Shown: piece after piece, positions 17,105 to 26,189 of the stretch | Layout: the number at the start of each line of letters is the position of its first letter | Numbering within the stretch: the stretch's first letter is position 1 | NCBI GenBank assembly: GCA_942493105.1 | Contig: OW818668.1 | Location: 1,620,001-1,652,000, forward strand | DNA: 32,000 bases | Source of the DNA: an uncultured Erysipelotrichaceae bacterium | GTDB lineage: Bacteria; Bacillota_I; Bacilli_A; Erysipelotrichales; Erysipelotrichaceae | Direction: 5' to 3' | Translations under genes and position numbers: made by a program | The notes under the pieces: generated by a model | What the model was told of the DNA's origin: nothing | The model's database searches: none | What the model saw: only the letters and a program-made list of their open reading frames with translations

Positions 17105-18627
17105 GAGACTTTCTCCCTTTTCGATCCAGCCATATAGAGTCCCAATTCTTGTTCAGTCACTGTTTTTGGATCTACTTCTCCTACGATCTCACCTTCATAA
17201 ATGACAATGATTCGATCACTGATGTTCATGACTTCATTTAATTCTAGTGAAATCAATAAAACAGCTTTCCCATCATCTCTTTGCTTGATCAGTTGATTGT
17301 GGATATATTCGATGGCACCAACATCCAAACCTCGAGTGGGTTGTACTGCAATCAAAAGATCAGGATCTTTTTCAATTTCACGAGCGATGATGGCTTTTTG
17401 TTGATTTCCACCTGACATACTTCGAGTTGAAGACTGAGCCCCTTCTCCGCTACGAATATCGAATTGTTCAATCAAAGCTTCGGCATGCTTAGTGATGTTA
17501 TCAAATTTCAAAAAACCATGATTTTGAAATTTGTCTTTAAAATAAGTTTGAAGAATTAAATTCTCAGCCAGTGTATAATCTAAAACCAAGCCGTGCTTAT
17601 GACGGTCTTCAGGAATATGTGAGATTCCATCAACTGAGCGGGTTCTTACTTTTTGATGAGTAATGTCTTTGCCTTTATAAAGGATCACTCCACTTTCGGC
17701 TTTGATTAATCCGGTAAGGGCATAAACCAAGTCAGTTTGGCCATTACCTTCAATGCCTGCCACACAGAGAATCTCGCCTTTTTGAACTTTAAAACTAACA
17801 TTATTGATTGAATTTTTATGATGACGGTTAGACTTAACCACAAGATCTTTGACTTCTAAGATCGGTTCACCTAGTTTTTGTGGCTTTTTATGGATATCAA
17901 AAATGATTTTTCTGCCTACCATCATTTCAGATAAAGTTTCAACACTTGTTGATTTTACATCAACAGTTGCGATTGATTTACCTTTTCTAAGAATTGTAAC
18001 TCGATCAGCCACAGCTTTAATCTCGTTAAGTTTATGCGTAATGAAAATGATCGACTTACCTTCAGATGCAAGATTTCTCATGATTTTCATAAGTTCATCT
18101 ATTTCTTGAGGAGTTAGAACTGCGGTAGGCTCATCAAAAATCAAGATGTTATTTTCACGATAAAGCATTTTTAAGATTTCAACACGTTGTTGCATCCCTA
18201 CTGTGATGTCTTGGATGATCGCATCTGGTTCAATATATAAATTATATTTCTTAGAGATCTCCAAAACTTTAGACCTAGCATCCTTTAGATAAAGCTGTCC
18301 ATTCTTAATCGGTTCAACACCCAATACAACATTCTCAAGAACGGTGAAATTATGTACTAATTTAAAATGTTGATGAACCATTCCTATACCTAAGTCTTTA
18401 GCAATGTTAGGATTATGAATTTTGACTTCTTTTCCGTCAACTTTAATGACACCTTCTTCTGCATGATATAGACCAAAAAGAACACTCATCAAAGTTGATT
18501 TTCCAGCTCCGTTTTCTCCTAATAAAGCATGGATTTCTCCACGTTTAACTTGGAAATTAATATTATCATTAGCTATGATTCCTGGGAATATTTTAGTAAT
18601 ATTCAACATCTCAATAACATAGTCCAT
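17101..18627 (-). CDS. nupO: nucleoside ABC transporter ATP-binding protein (tandem ABC domains)
   Basis: First domain: Walker A GENGAGKST, with a Walker B-like ILIFDEPT further on. Second domain: degenerate P-loop GIEGNGQTD and signature MSGGNQQK. Start trimmed to ATG 18627 (MDYVIEML), which has AGGAG 7 nt upstream. Confidence 0.9.
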   Translation of the reverse strand: MDYVIEMLNITKIFPGIIANDNINFQVKRGEIHALLGENGAGKSTLMSVLFGLYHAEEGVIKVDGKEVKIHNPNIAKDLGIGMVHQHFKLVHNFTVLENVVLGVEPIKNGQLYLKDARSKVLEISKKYNLYIEPDAIIQDITVGMQQRVEILKMLYRENNILIFDEPTAVLTPQEIDELMKIMRNLASEGKSIIFITHKLNEIKAVADRVTILRKGKSIATVDVKSTSVETLSEMMVGRKIIFDIHKKPQKLGEPILEVKDLVVKSNRHHKNSINNVSFKVQKGEILCVAGIEGNGQTDLVYALTGLIKAESGVILYKGKDITHQKVRTRSVDGISHIPEDRHKHGLVLDYTLAENLILQTYFKDKFQNHGFLKFDNITKHAEALIEQFDIRSGEGAQSSTRSMSGGNQQKAIIAREIEKDPDLLIAVQPTRGLDVGAIEYIHNQLIKQRDDGKAVLLISLELNEVMNISDRIIVIYEGEIVGEVDPKTVTEQELGLYMAGSKREKVS

Positions 18628-18648
18628 TTTGAGTCTCCTCTTATGTAG

Positions 18649-18676
18649 ATTATACAGTAAATTCACCTTTAAACAA
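18649..18676 (-). promoter_or_regulatory. possible internal promoter ahead of the ABC ATPase gene
   Basis: Minus strand reads TTGTTT (18676-18671), 16-nt spacer, TATAAT (18654-18649). The -35 overlaps the U-tract of the upstream hairpin. Confidence 0.35.
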
Positions 18677-18704
18677 AAATAAAATGAACCTTGCGGTTCA
18701 TTTT
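18671..18704 (-). terminator. intra-operon hairpin/terminator after the lipoprotein gene
   Basis: Minus strand reads AAAATGAACC-GCAA-GGTTCATTTT followed by ATTTTTGTTT. It lies in the 103-bp gap between the binding-protein and ATPase genes. Confidence 0.6.
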
Positions 18705-18730
18705 ATCATTTTGATTACAGTCGATTTAAA

Positions 18731-19804
18731 TTAATTTTCGAGGGTAACGATAACTTTGGTCAAGCCCAATAAGTCAGCTGTAGCAGCGTCTGTATTGTCT
18801 TTAATGTCGATTGAATTGGCAACCAATTTAGCGAAGATCGCATCATAAGCAGCTTTGTTGAAAGTTGTGAATTTTGAGAAGTTCTGTGGTAAGCCAATAC
18901 CGTTGACATCAGCGCCTAAATGAACGCTTGTTCCACCTGGGAAGGTGTTTTTGTAGAAAGAATCAAGAGCCAAAATAACAGAAGCTCCTAGTCCTTTGGT
19001 TGCAGAGGAGATAACGGTTGGTGATTCAGCGGATTGATCAACGTCAACACCGATGACTTTTTTACCAGCAGCAGCAGCAGCACTCATAACTGAGTTACCA
19101 ACTTTACCACCAGCAGCAAAGATAACTTCTACACCATCAGCATACCAAGCAGCAGCTTTTTGTTGGTTAGCAGGTGTATCAGCGAAATCGCCTGTATAGA
19201 AATATTTAACGTTAACTGAAGTCAAACCTAATTCGGTAGCAGCATATTCAGCACCTTGTAAGAATCCGTAACCGAATCTTACAACAGCAGGAACAGCCAT
19301 CCCGCCCATAAAGCCTAATGAAGTAAAGCCGTCTTTAACTGCAGCATAGCCAGCCAAGAAACCGGATTGTTCTTCACGATAGAAAATTGAATAAGTGTTG
19401 GCTGTAATCTTTTCTTTGTATTCTGCAGTATAAACTTGATTATTTGGATATCCATCCAACAATACAAATTTAACATTAGGATACTTGTCTTGAGCAATAA
19501 GAATTGCTGGTTCAAACAAGAATCCAGGTGTAACTACGATCTTGGCTCCGCCTGTTACAGCTAAGTCAATTGCAGCAACATAAGCAGCGGTTGAAACTTC
19601 AGTTGGCTTATAATATTTATGCGTTTTCTTGTTGTCTTCCGCATATTTCTTAACGCCTTCCCAAGCTCCTTGGTTAAATGATTTGTCGTCAATGTCGCCT
19701 TTATCGGTGATCATTGCGATTTCATACGTTTCCTTCTTCGGTGCACAAGCGGATAAGCTCATGACAACGAGAAGAATAGATAAAACAGCTAGAATCTTCT
19801 TCAT
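18731..19804 (-). CDS. nupN: BMP-family (PnrA/TmpC-like) nucleoside-binding lipoprotein
   Basis: Signal peptide with lipobox (MKKILAVLSILLVVMSLSAC) and a BMP family body (ITDKGDIDDKSFNQGAWEG..., GGKVGNS). Start trimmed to ATG 19804, which has GGAGGA upstream. Confidence 0.9.
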   Translation of the reverse strand: MKKILAVLSILLVVMSLSACAPKKETYEIAMITDKGDIDDKSFNQGAWEGVKKYAEDNKKTHKYYKPTEVSTAAYVAAIDLAVTGGAKIVVTPGFLFEPAILIAQDKYPNVKFVLLDGYPNNQVYTAEYKEKITANTYSIFYREEQSGFLAGYAAVKDGFTSLGFMGGMAVPAVVRFGYGFLQGAEYAATELGLTSVNVKYFYTGDFADTPANQQKAAAWYADGVEVIFAAGGKVGNSVMSAAAAAGKKVIGVDVDQSAESPTVISSATKGLGASVILALDSFYKNTFPGGTSVHLGADVNGIGLPQNFSKFTTFNKAAYDAIFAKLVANSIDIKDNTDAATADLLGLTKVIVTLEN

Positions 19805-19836
19805 TACATTCCTCCATGGCAAAACTTGCCAATTTC

Positions 19837-19865
19837 AGTTTATATTTAAAACAAGCTAAAGTCAA
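19837..19865 (-). promoter_or_regulatory. sigma-A-type promoter of the nucleoside ABC operon
   Basis: Minus strand reads TTGACT (19865-19860), 17-nt spacer, TAAACT (19842-19837). A small GGCAA-GUU-UUGCC hairpin sits in the short leader. Confidence 0.55.
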
Positions 19866-19872
19866 TTGATGT

Positions 19873-19906
19873 CGAAAAAAAAGGCGATTTATTTAAAAAC
19901 CGCCTT
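19873..19906 (-). terminator. terminator after ftsK
   Basis: Minus strand reads AAGGCG-(14-nt loop)-CGCCTT followed by T8. The upstream arm lies in the last ftsK codons. Confidence 0.55.
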
Positions 19907-21983
19907 CATTGTTTTTTCCATAGATATCTCTGGGTTTTGAACCTTGTTGAGGTCCAATGATGCCCTTTTGTTCAAGCATATCCATGATTCTGGCTGCTCT
20001 GTTGTAACCCAATCCAAAATGACGCTGGATGGTTGATGTAGAGGCTCTTCTTGTTTCTAGGACAAATTGTTTGACTTCTTCATATAAGGGATCTTCGGTT
20101 TGATTTTTATAACCAATTTCTTCTTCAGGATCATTGAGATGTAAAAATGCATCATCGAAATTAGGAGCTCTTTGAATGGATGTCGCATCAGCCAAACGTT
20201 TGACTTCTTCATCGGATACATACACCCCTTGGATTCGTATGGATGAGGGTTCACCGACTGGGAAAAACAACATATCACCATAACCCAATAAGCGTTCTGC
20301 TCCAACATGGTCCAGGATCGTTCGTGAATCTATACCACTAGAAACCGCAAATGCAATCCGAGATGGGATATTGGCTTTGATGATTCCAGTAATGACATCA
20401 GTTGAAGGACGTTGGGTCGCAACGATCAAGTGTATTCCGGCAGCACGCGCTAACTGTGTAATTCTTTGAATGCTGGATTCTACTTCTTTACCCGCAACGA
20501 TCATGAGATCTGCCAATTCATCGATGATGACTATGATCCAGGGCATAAATTCTAAGTGGTCTTGAGGTTGTTTAATAAGCAACTCATTATATGTGGTGAT
20601 GTTTCTGACTCCGACTTTTGAGAAGACTTCATATCGGTTTTCCATCATATTGACGATGACTCTTAATACTTTAGCAGCTTCTGAAGAATCAGAGATAACA
20701 GGACAAATCAAATGAGGTATTTTTTGATAAGCTACAAATTCTACTTTCTTAGGATCGATCAAAAGTAATTTGACTTCATCAGGTGATGTCCTTAAAAGGA
20801 TCGTTGTGATGAATGCATTGATACAGACACTTTTTCCGCTTCCAGTCGCTCCTGCGATCAATAAGTGAGGCATTTTATCAAGTTCGGTATAAACGATCTT
20901 ACCCATTAAATCCTTGCCTAAAGGCACCAAAAGCTTCTTGGTAGAACGATCTCCAATGGTAGGATCTTTCATCATTTCGCTCATCCTAACAGGAATCATT
21001 TCTACGTTAGGAATTTCAACACCTACAGCGTTTCTACCTGGAATGGGGGCTTCTATACGTAATTCTTTGGCTTGAAGCTCCATTTTGATGTTGTCTTGGA
21101 TGGAAGATATCTTAGATATTTTGATGTTTGAATCTGGTTTGACTTCAAATTTTGTAACAGCAGGACCAATATGAGTCCCAATCAAAGTCGCATTGATATC
21201 GAACTGACTTAAGATTTCAATCAAACGTTTGCCTTTTACAACAGCAGCATTTTGATTGGCAATCGATTTATTTTTTAAAACGACTTCTTCCAATAAATTA
21301 ACGGAAGGCAAGGTATAGTTACCGATACTGTGAATGGTTGCGGCAGAAGTAGTGGCAATCTCTGCAACAGGTGTATCCTTGATTAGTTTTTTCTTAGGTA
21401 AAGGTTCATCGGGCTCAATAAACAAAGGTCGCTCTTCTTCATCATCGATTTGACGTGGTTTATGACCTTTAAACTTAAGATTTGGCCACAATTGATGATA
21501 ATCAATCAATAAAACAGAGGCGATGATGAACAATACAACAGCAATAATAATGGTACCTGTTTTAGCAACCATGGCATTAACCATTGAGTATAATAGAATA
21601 CTAAAGAATCCGCCTTCATCAGGTTCAGTTTGAGCAATAATCTTAGAAAATTTATTAAGCCAATCTCCGATTGAAGAAGGATTGGCAGAGCGTAAAATAG
21701 CGTTAAACAGAAGTAAACTCAATCCAAACAGAAGGATTGAGATCCATATTCTAAGTGGATATCTTGGCCATCTTCTAAAAATAACCGTAAATAAGAAGAA
21801 AACACCAAATATCGCATATAAACCTTTATTGAATCCTGAACCAAATAAAATCACAGATAAGTTATCCAACATCTCACCGACCAAACCAAAACGAGCGGCA
21901 GCAATTAAAATCACAGTCAGTGCAATCAGTGAATATATAAATATGAGTAATTTAGTTTCTTTTGTTTTGTTTCTGCGTGCCAT
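19893..21983 (-). CDS. ftsK: DNA translocase FtsK/SpoIIIE
   Basis: N-terminal TM helices, a linker, and a motor domain with Walker A GATGSGKS and Walker B-like IVIIDELADL. The C-terminal gamma winged helix reads STSTIQRHFGLGYNRAARIMDMLEQKGIIGP. Confidence 0.93.
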   Translation of the reverse strand: MARRNKTKETKLLIFIYSLIALTVILIAAARFGLVGEMLDNLSVILFGSGFNKGLYAIFGVFFLFTVIFRRWPRYPLRIWISILLFGLSLLLFNAILRSANPSSIGDWLNKFSKIIAQTEPDEGGFFSILLYSMVNAMVAKTGTIIIAVVLFIIASVLLIDYHQLWPNLKFKGHKPRQIDDEEERPLFIEPDEPLPKKKLIKDTPVAEIATTSAATIHSIGNYTLPSVNLLEEVVLKNKSIANQNAAVVKGKRLIEILSQFDINATLIGTHIGPAVTKFEVKPDSNIKISKISSIQDNIKMELQAKELRIEAPIPGRNAVGVEIPNVEMIPVRMSEMMKDPTIGDRSTKKLLVPLGKDLMGKIVYTELDKMPHLLIAGATGSGKSVCINAFITTILLRTSPDEVKLLLIDPKKVEFVAYQKIPHLICPVISDSSEAAKVLRVIVNMMENRYEVFSKVGVRNITTYNELLIKQPQDHLEFMPWIIVIIDELADLMIVAGKEVESSIQRITQLARAAGIHLIVATQRPSTDVITGIIKANIPSRIAFAVSSGIDSRTILDHVGAERLLGYGDMLFFPVGEPSSIRIQGVYVSDEEVKRLADATSIQRAPNFDDAFLHLNDPEEEIGYKNQTEDPLYEEVKQFVLETRRASTSTIQRHFGLGYNRAARIMDMLEQKGIIGPQQGSKPRDIYGKNNEGGF

Positions 21984-21984
21984 A

Positions 21985-23649
21985 TTACTCAGGTAGATTC
22001 AGTTCTACGATGACCGGAAGCAGTAAAGGTCGCTTCCCTGTTTCTTTCATCAGATACTTCGACATACGATCCTTGGCTTCAAGTCGAACAGCCATATTGT
22101 CATACTTTTTAGAGTTGACAAAATCATTGATGGTAGACTCAAAAATATGTCCCAGTTCTTTAACGATATAATCCGCATCTTTCAGGTAAATGACCCCTCG
22201 TGATTGGACATCCGGTCCGCCGATCACTGCTTTTGAATTAAAATTGACGACCATACCTATGACGATAACTCCATCGGTTGATAAGAGTTCTCTGTCCTTC
22301 AGGATAAGACCTGATACATCTAAATGTTCATTGCCATCTATCATGATTTCTTCAAGTTTTAATAAAACAGTCGTATCTTTAAGTTCGCCTTCTTTAAATG
22401 TGGCGATTTGACCATTATCTAAAACAACGATTTTATTGGCCTGATACCCCATATCCAAAGCGACATTCGCATTATTGATCAAATGACGGTATTCACCATG
22501 AACCGGAATATAGTATTTCGGTTTTAGTAAATATGTGATCATCTTTAGATCTTCAATTGAAGCATGCATGGAAGTAACTTTTTTACGATCAAGGGTTATG
22601 ATCGATACATCTTCTTTATAGAGTTCATTTTCCATACGGCCAGATTCTTTTTCAGTGCCTGGAACCATCGGTGATAAAATGATGATCGTATCTTCTTTTC
22701 TAAGTTCAATCAATTTATCTTCAGCCATGGCAATTTTATACATGGTATTAAATACCTTAGGACCACTTCCGGAAACCAAGATGATGACATCATCACGGCT
22801 GTTTGAGAAGTTCTCACGACTGATTTCAATCCCTACAGGCATTCTATAATAACCTAATTTTTCAACATGTCTAAGTAAGGTTCTTTGTTCTTCATTGTAG
22901 AAAAAGACTTTCTTCTTATTCTTGGCTGCAAGATCAAGCACTTCAATCAAGCGATATACATTTTGTTCATACAAAGTAGCAATTAAACGAGCCGGAGCAT
23001 CATCTAATGCTTTCTCAAAATAAGATGAAATTTTATGATTAGGCGATGTATGTCCTACTCGATCAGCCCCTACAGACTCTGTCATAAGTGCCAAAACACC
23101 TTGTTTACCAAGTTCTGAAAATTCAGTGATGTCACATTGAAAAGCATCATTATGGACATCAAAATCGATAATGAACTCTCCGGTGTAAACGATCCAGCCA
23201 TACTCTGTCCATATCCCGATTCCAAACGCATCCGCAATCGAATGGGTAATCCCAAAAGTACGGATCTTTCGTGAACCAACTGTAAATACCCCATTGCGTT
23301 TAATGCGATGAATTTCAACATCCTTGAGTTCAAATTTCTTACACAGGTTTTCAATGATCATCGCGGTCAAAGGTGTTGTATAAACAGGTACTTTCGCAAC
23401 TTTGAGCAAGTAAGGCAATGCAGCCATCACATCATCGTGACCTTGAGTAATAAAAACTGCTTTTATTCTATGCTTATTTTCAATGAGATACGAAAAATCT
23501 GGGATGATCATTTCGATTCCAAGATGATCAGCCTCCGGATATTTCAAACCAGCATCAATGACGAAAATATCGTCATTTATTTCAACGACAGTAAGATTCT
23601 TACCATCTTCATCTAAGCCTCCTAAAGCGAAAAGGCGAATTTGTTCCAT
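21985..23649 (-). CDS. rnj: RNase J family protein, J2-like paralogue with degenerate metal-binding motifs
   Basis: Collinear with B. subtilis RNase J1 across the beta-lactamase, beta-CASP and C-terminal domains (FALGGLDEDGKN, ITHSIADA, PVHGEYRH). However, motif II reads QGHDDV instead of HGHEDH, and TGD is replaced by TGE. GGAGGA SD upstream. Confidence 0.88.
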   Translation of the reverse strand: MEQIRLFALGGLDEDGKNLTVVEINDDIFVIDAGLKYPEADHLGIEMIIPDFSYLIENKHRIKAVFITQGHDDVMAALPYLLKVAKVPVYTTPLTAMIIENLCKKFELKDVEIHRIKRNGVFTVGSRKIRTFGITHSIADAFGIGIWTEYGWIVYTGEFIIDFDVHNDAFQCDITEFSELGKQGVLALMTESVGADRVGHTSPNHKISSYFEKALDDAPARLIATLYEQNVYRLIEVLDLAAKNKKKVFFYNEEQRTLLRHVEKLGYYRMPVGIEISRENFSNSRDDVIILVSGSGPKVFNTMYKIAMAEDKLIELRKEDTIIILSPMVPGTEKESGRMENELYKEDVSIITLDRKKVTSMHASIEDLKMITYLLKPKYYIPVHGEYRHLINNANVALDMGYQANKIVVLDNGQIATFKEGELKDTTVLLKLEEIMIDGNEHLDVSGLILKDRELLSTDGVIVIGMVVNFNSKAVIGGPDVQSRGVIYLKDADYIVKELGHIFESTINDFVNSKKYDNMAVRLEAKDRMSKYLMKETGKRPLLLPVIVELNLPE

Positions 23650-23718
23650 TATATTCCTCCATACTGCAACAGTGTTCTGATGTAGTTATTATAGTACAAA
23701 AACAGTTTATATGATAGT

Positions 23719-25152
23719 CTACAACACTTGTTTACCTTGTAAGGTCCAGGTTTTTGCAGAAGTAATCTCTACTGATACAATTTTTCCAATACAATCATCA
23801 ATTGGACTAAAATTGACCAGTTTATTGGTTTCGGTATAACCGCTGAATATTGATGGGTTCTTTTTAGAAGGCCCATCTACCAATACTTGAACAGTTTTAC
23901 CAACCATTTCAAGATTATGCATTAAAGCATATTTGCCGATTTGTTTATTTAGTCTTTGAAGTCGATCTTCTTTTTCTTGTTTGGTCACATTGTCAATCAT
24001 TGAAGCAGCAGGTGTTTTTTCTCTAGCCGAATAGATAAACGAATAAACATTGTCAAATTGACAAGTATCGATCATAAGTAAAGTTTCACAAAACTGGGCT
24101 TCAGTCTCATTGGGGAATCCTACGATTATATCCGTCGATAAAGCAATATGTGGGATACGGGCCTTAAGTTTGTGATAGATGACCATATACTCTTCTTTGG
24201 TATAGCGTCGTCCCATAATTTTTAAGATCTCATTGTTTCCAGATTGTAATGGAAGATGAATAAAAGGCATCACATTTTTATAAGAAGCGATGACATCAAT
24301 CAATTTATCTGTAAAATCCCAAGGATGACTGGTCATAAAACGAACACGTGGGATATCTTTTTGAGCGACACTTTCCAACAGATCAGCAAAATCAAACGTG
24401 AGTCCTAGATCTTTGCCATAAGCATTGACGTTTTGACCCAACAACGTTATTTCTTTAAAGTCTTTTTGAACCAATTCATCAATTTCAGATAAAATATCTT
24501 CTTTTAACCGAGAACGTTCTTTGCCGCGTGTATATGGAACTATACAATAAGTACAGAATTTATCACACCCATACATGATGTTGACCCAAGCTTTTGATTT
24601 GTTGTTGCGTGATACAGGTAAATTCTCATAGATTTCACCTTCTTTTGAGAACACTTCAACAACTCTTTCCTTATTGAAATAAGCTTGAATCAAAAGCTGA
24701 GGAATTCGATGAATGTTATGCGTTCCAAATAAAACATCGACTTGATGATAGGTACTTAAAATGCGATTGACAACCCCTTCTTCTTGAGTCATACATCCAC
24801 CAACCATAAATAAAACATCTGGATTCAGTTGTTTAATGACTTTAACATTACCAATCTCCCCAAATACTTTATTTTCAGCATTCTCACGTATGGCACAAGT
24901 GTTTAAAACAATTACATCGGCTTTATTCATTTCAAAAACTGGAGTAAACGACATCTTTTCCAATATTCCTCTTATGGTTTCACTATCACGTTCATTGGCT
25001 TGACAACCATAAGTACGGATATAATATGTTTTATCCTGACCGATATTCAAATATGATTCAGGTATTTCAAAAAGTGATCTTTCGATCGTAGTTTCATCTT
25101 GTGAACGTTTTTGAGCTGATTTAAGATTAGGCAAATTCCAATCTTTATTCAT
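23719..25152 (-). CDS. miaB: tRNA i6A37 methylthiotransferase MiaB (radical SAM)
   Basis: YIRTYGCQANERDSE, NTCAIRE, GGCM, radical-SAM CDKFCTYC and a C-terminal TRAM domain. Start trimmed to ATG 25152 (MNKDWNLP), which has AAGGAG upstream. Confidence 0.92.
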   Translation of the reverse strand: MNKDWNLPNLKSAQKRSQDETTIERSLFEIPESYLNIGQDKTYYIRTYGCQANERDSETIRGILEKMSFTPVFEMNKADVIVLNTCAIRENAENKVFGEIGNVKVIKQLNPDVLFMVGGCMTQEEGVVNRILSTYHQVDVLFGTHNIHRIPQLLIQAYFNKERVVEVFSKEGEIYENLPVSRNNKSKAWVNIMYGCDKFCTYCIVPYTRGKERSRLKEDILSEIDELVQKDFKEITLLGQNVNAYGKDLGLTFDFADLLESVAQKDIPRVRFMTSHPWDFTDKLIDVIASYKNVMPFIHLPLQSGNNEILKIMGRRYTKEEYMVIYHKLKARIPHIALSTDIIVGFPNETEAQFCETLLMIDTCQFDNVYSFIYSAREKTPAASMIDNVTKQEKEDRLQRLNKQIGKYALMHNLEMVGKTVQVLVDGPSKKNPSIFSGYTETNKLVNFSPIDDCIGKIVSVEITSAKTWTLQGKQVL

Positions 25153-25162
25153 TTGTCTCCTT

Positions 25163-25185
25163 AAAAAAACCAAGCCATGCTTGGT
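25163..25185 (-). terminator. hairpin plus U-tract between ferredoxin and miaB (terminator or attenuating element)
   Basis: Minus strand reads ACCAAGC-AUG-GCUUGGU followed by U6-7, which runs straight into the miaB SD (AAGGAGACAA-ATG). It begins 2 nt after the ferredoxin stop. Confidence 0.55.
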
Positions 25186-25186
25186 T

Positions 25187-25363
25187 TTACTTTTGACTGA
25201 TGGCTGAAGTTGGGCAAACACCGATACAAGCTAAGCAATCAATACAAATTGATTCCTCGCATTCGGCTTTACCGTCGGCATCCAAGGACAAAGCACTTGT
25301 TGGACAAACCCCAATACAGGCACCACATCCGATACAGATATCTTTTGTTACAAAAACTGGCAT
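25187..25363 (-). CDS. fer: 2x[4Fe-4S] ferredoxin (58 aa)
   Basis: Not in the ORF track. My translation is MPVFVTKDICIGCGACIGVCPTSALSLDADGKAECEESICIDCLACIGVCPTSAISQK, with two CxxCxxCxxxCP motifs. AAAGGAGGA SD upstream. Confidence 0.87.
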   Translation of the reverse strand: MPVFVTKDICIGCGACIGVCPTSALSLDADGKAECEESICIDCLACIGVCPTSAISQK

Positions 25364-25388
25364 GTTCTAATCCTCCTTTGACCCAACA

Positions 25389-25416
25389 ATTATATCACGA
25401 TTTCTATTTAACACAA
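25389..25416 (-). promoter_or_regulatory. extended -10 promoter for the ferredoxin(-miaB) unit
   Basis: Minus strand reads TTGTGT (25416-25411), 16-nt spacer, TGATATAAT (25397-25389). It lies just downstream of the ymdB stop. Confidence 0.5.
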
Positions 25417-25418
25417 TA

Positions 25419-26189
25419 TCATGGTCGAATTTGAAGTCGGGTAATGGATCGAGCTTTACGATTATGCTCATCGATATCGATGATCACAGCACAGAATTGG
25501 GCTTTATCTTCAGAAACGGTATAAGTTTTAACATTGAATCCTTTAAACTTATCCAAAACCTCAGTTATGTCTCGACCAATAATACTGTTATAGGGACCTG
25601 TCATCCCCACATCACTGATGAAAGCACATGATCCAATCAATCGTTCATCTGCGGTTTGAACATGCGTATGCGTACCGATAACAGCGCTACACGTGTATTT
25701 AAATTGATGTGCAAAAGCAATTTTTTCACTGGTAGCTTCAGCATGTAGGTCTACAATGACGATTTTATCTTTAAAGATTGGCAACAGTTTTGACATAGAA
25801 CTAAAAGGTGTTTCTTGTATGTTTTCCATAAAGACTGAACCACATAAATTTAATATAACGACTTGAACTCCACAAACTTCAAGTTCTAGGAAACCTCTTC
25901 CATAGTCTTGAGGAATAATATTATAAGGTCTAACCATTCGATCTGCTTTATCGATATATTTAAATATCTCTGATTTAGAGAAAGCATGATTACCTAAAGT
26001 AATGACATCGATACCATAGCTAAGCAACTCATGATAATGTGCTTCATTAATTCCTTTTCCGTGGGTAACATTTTCTCCATTCGCAATGACCATATCAAAA
26101 CTGTGCTCTTTGTGCAAAGAAGGCAACAGTTCTTTGACTGTTGCCCTTCCTGATTTACCGACGATGTCCCCGATAAATAAAATTTTCAT
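25419..26189 (-). CDS. ymdB: YmdB-family metallophosphoesterase (2',3'-cyclic-nucleotide 2'-phosphodiesterase)
   Basis: MKILFIGDIVGKSGR...ANGEN.THGKG...LGNH... calcineurin-like motifs. 256 aa, with a 1-nt overlap with rny, as in the B. subtilis rny-ymdB pair. Confidence 0.88.
   Translation of the reverse strand: MKILFIGDIVGKSGRATVKELLPSLHKEHSFDMVIANGENVTHGKGINEAHYHELLSYGIDVITLGNHAFSKSEIFKYIDKADRMVRPYNIIPQDYGRGFLELEVCGVQVVILNLCGSVFMENIQETPFSSMSKLLPIFKDKIVIVDLHAEATSEKIAFAHQFKYTCSAVIGTHTHVQTADERLIGSCAFISDVGMTGPYNSIIGRDITEVLDKFKGFNVKTYTVSEDKAQFCAVIIDIDEHNRKARSITRLQIRP

Noticed and set aside
25210-25434. 74-aa + strand ORF from the track
   Set aside because: It is antisense to the 2x[4Fe-4S] ferredoxin gene and the fer promoter. 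The basic, repetitive translation (RYRY, HH) is typical of an antisense frame.
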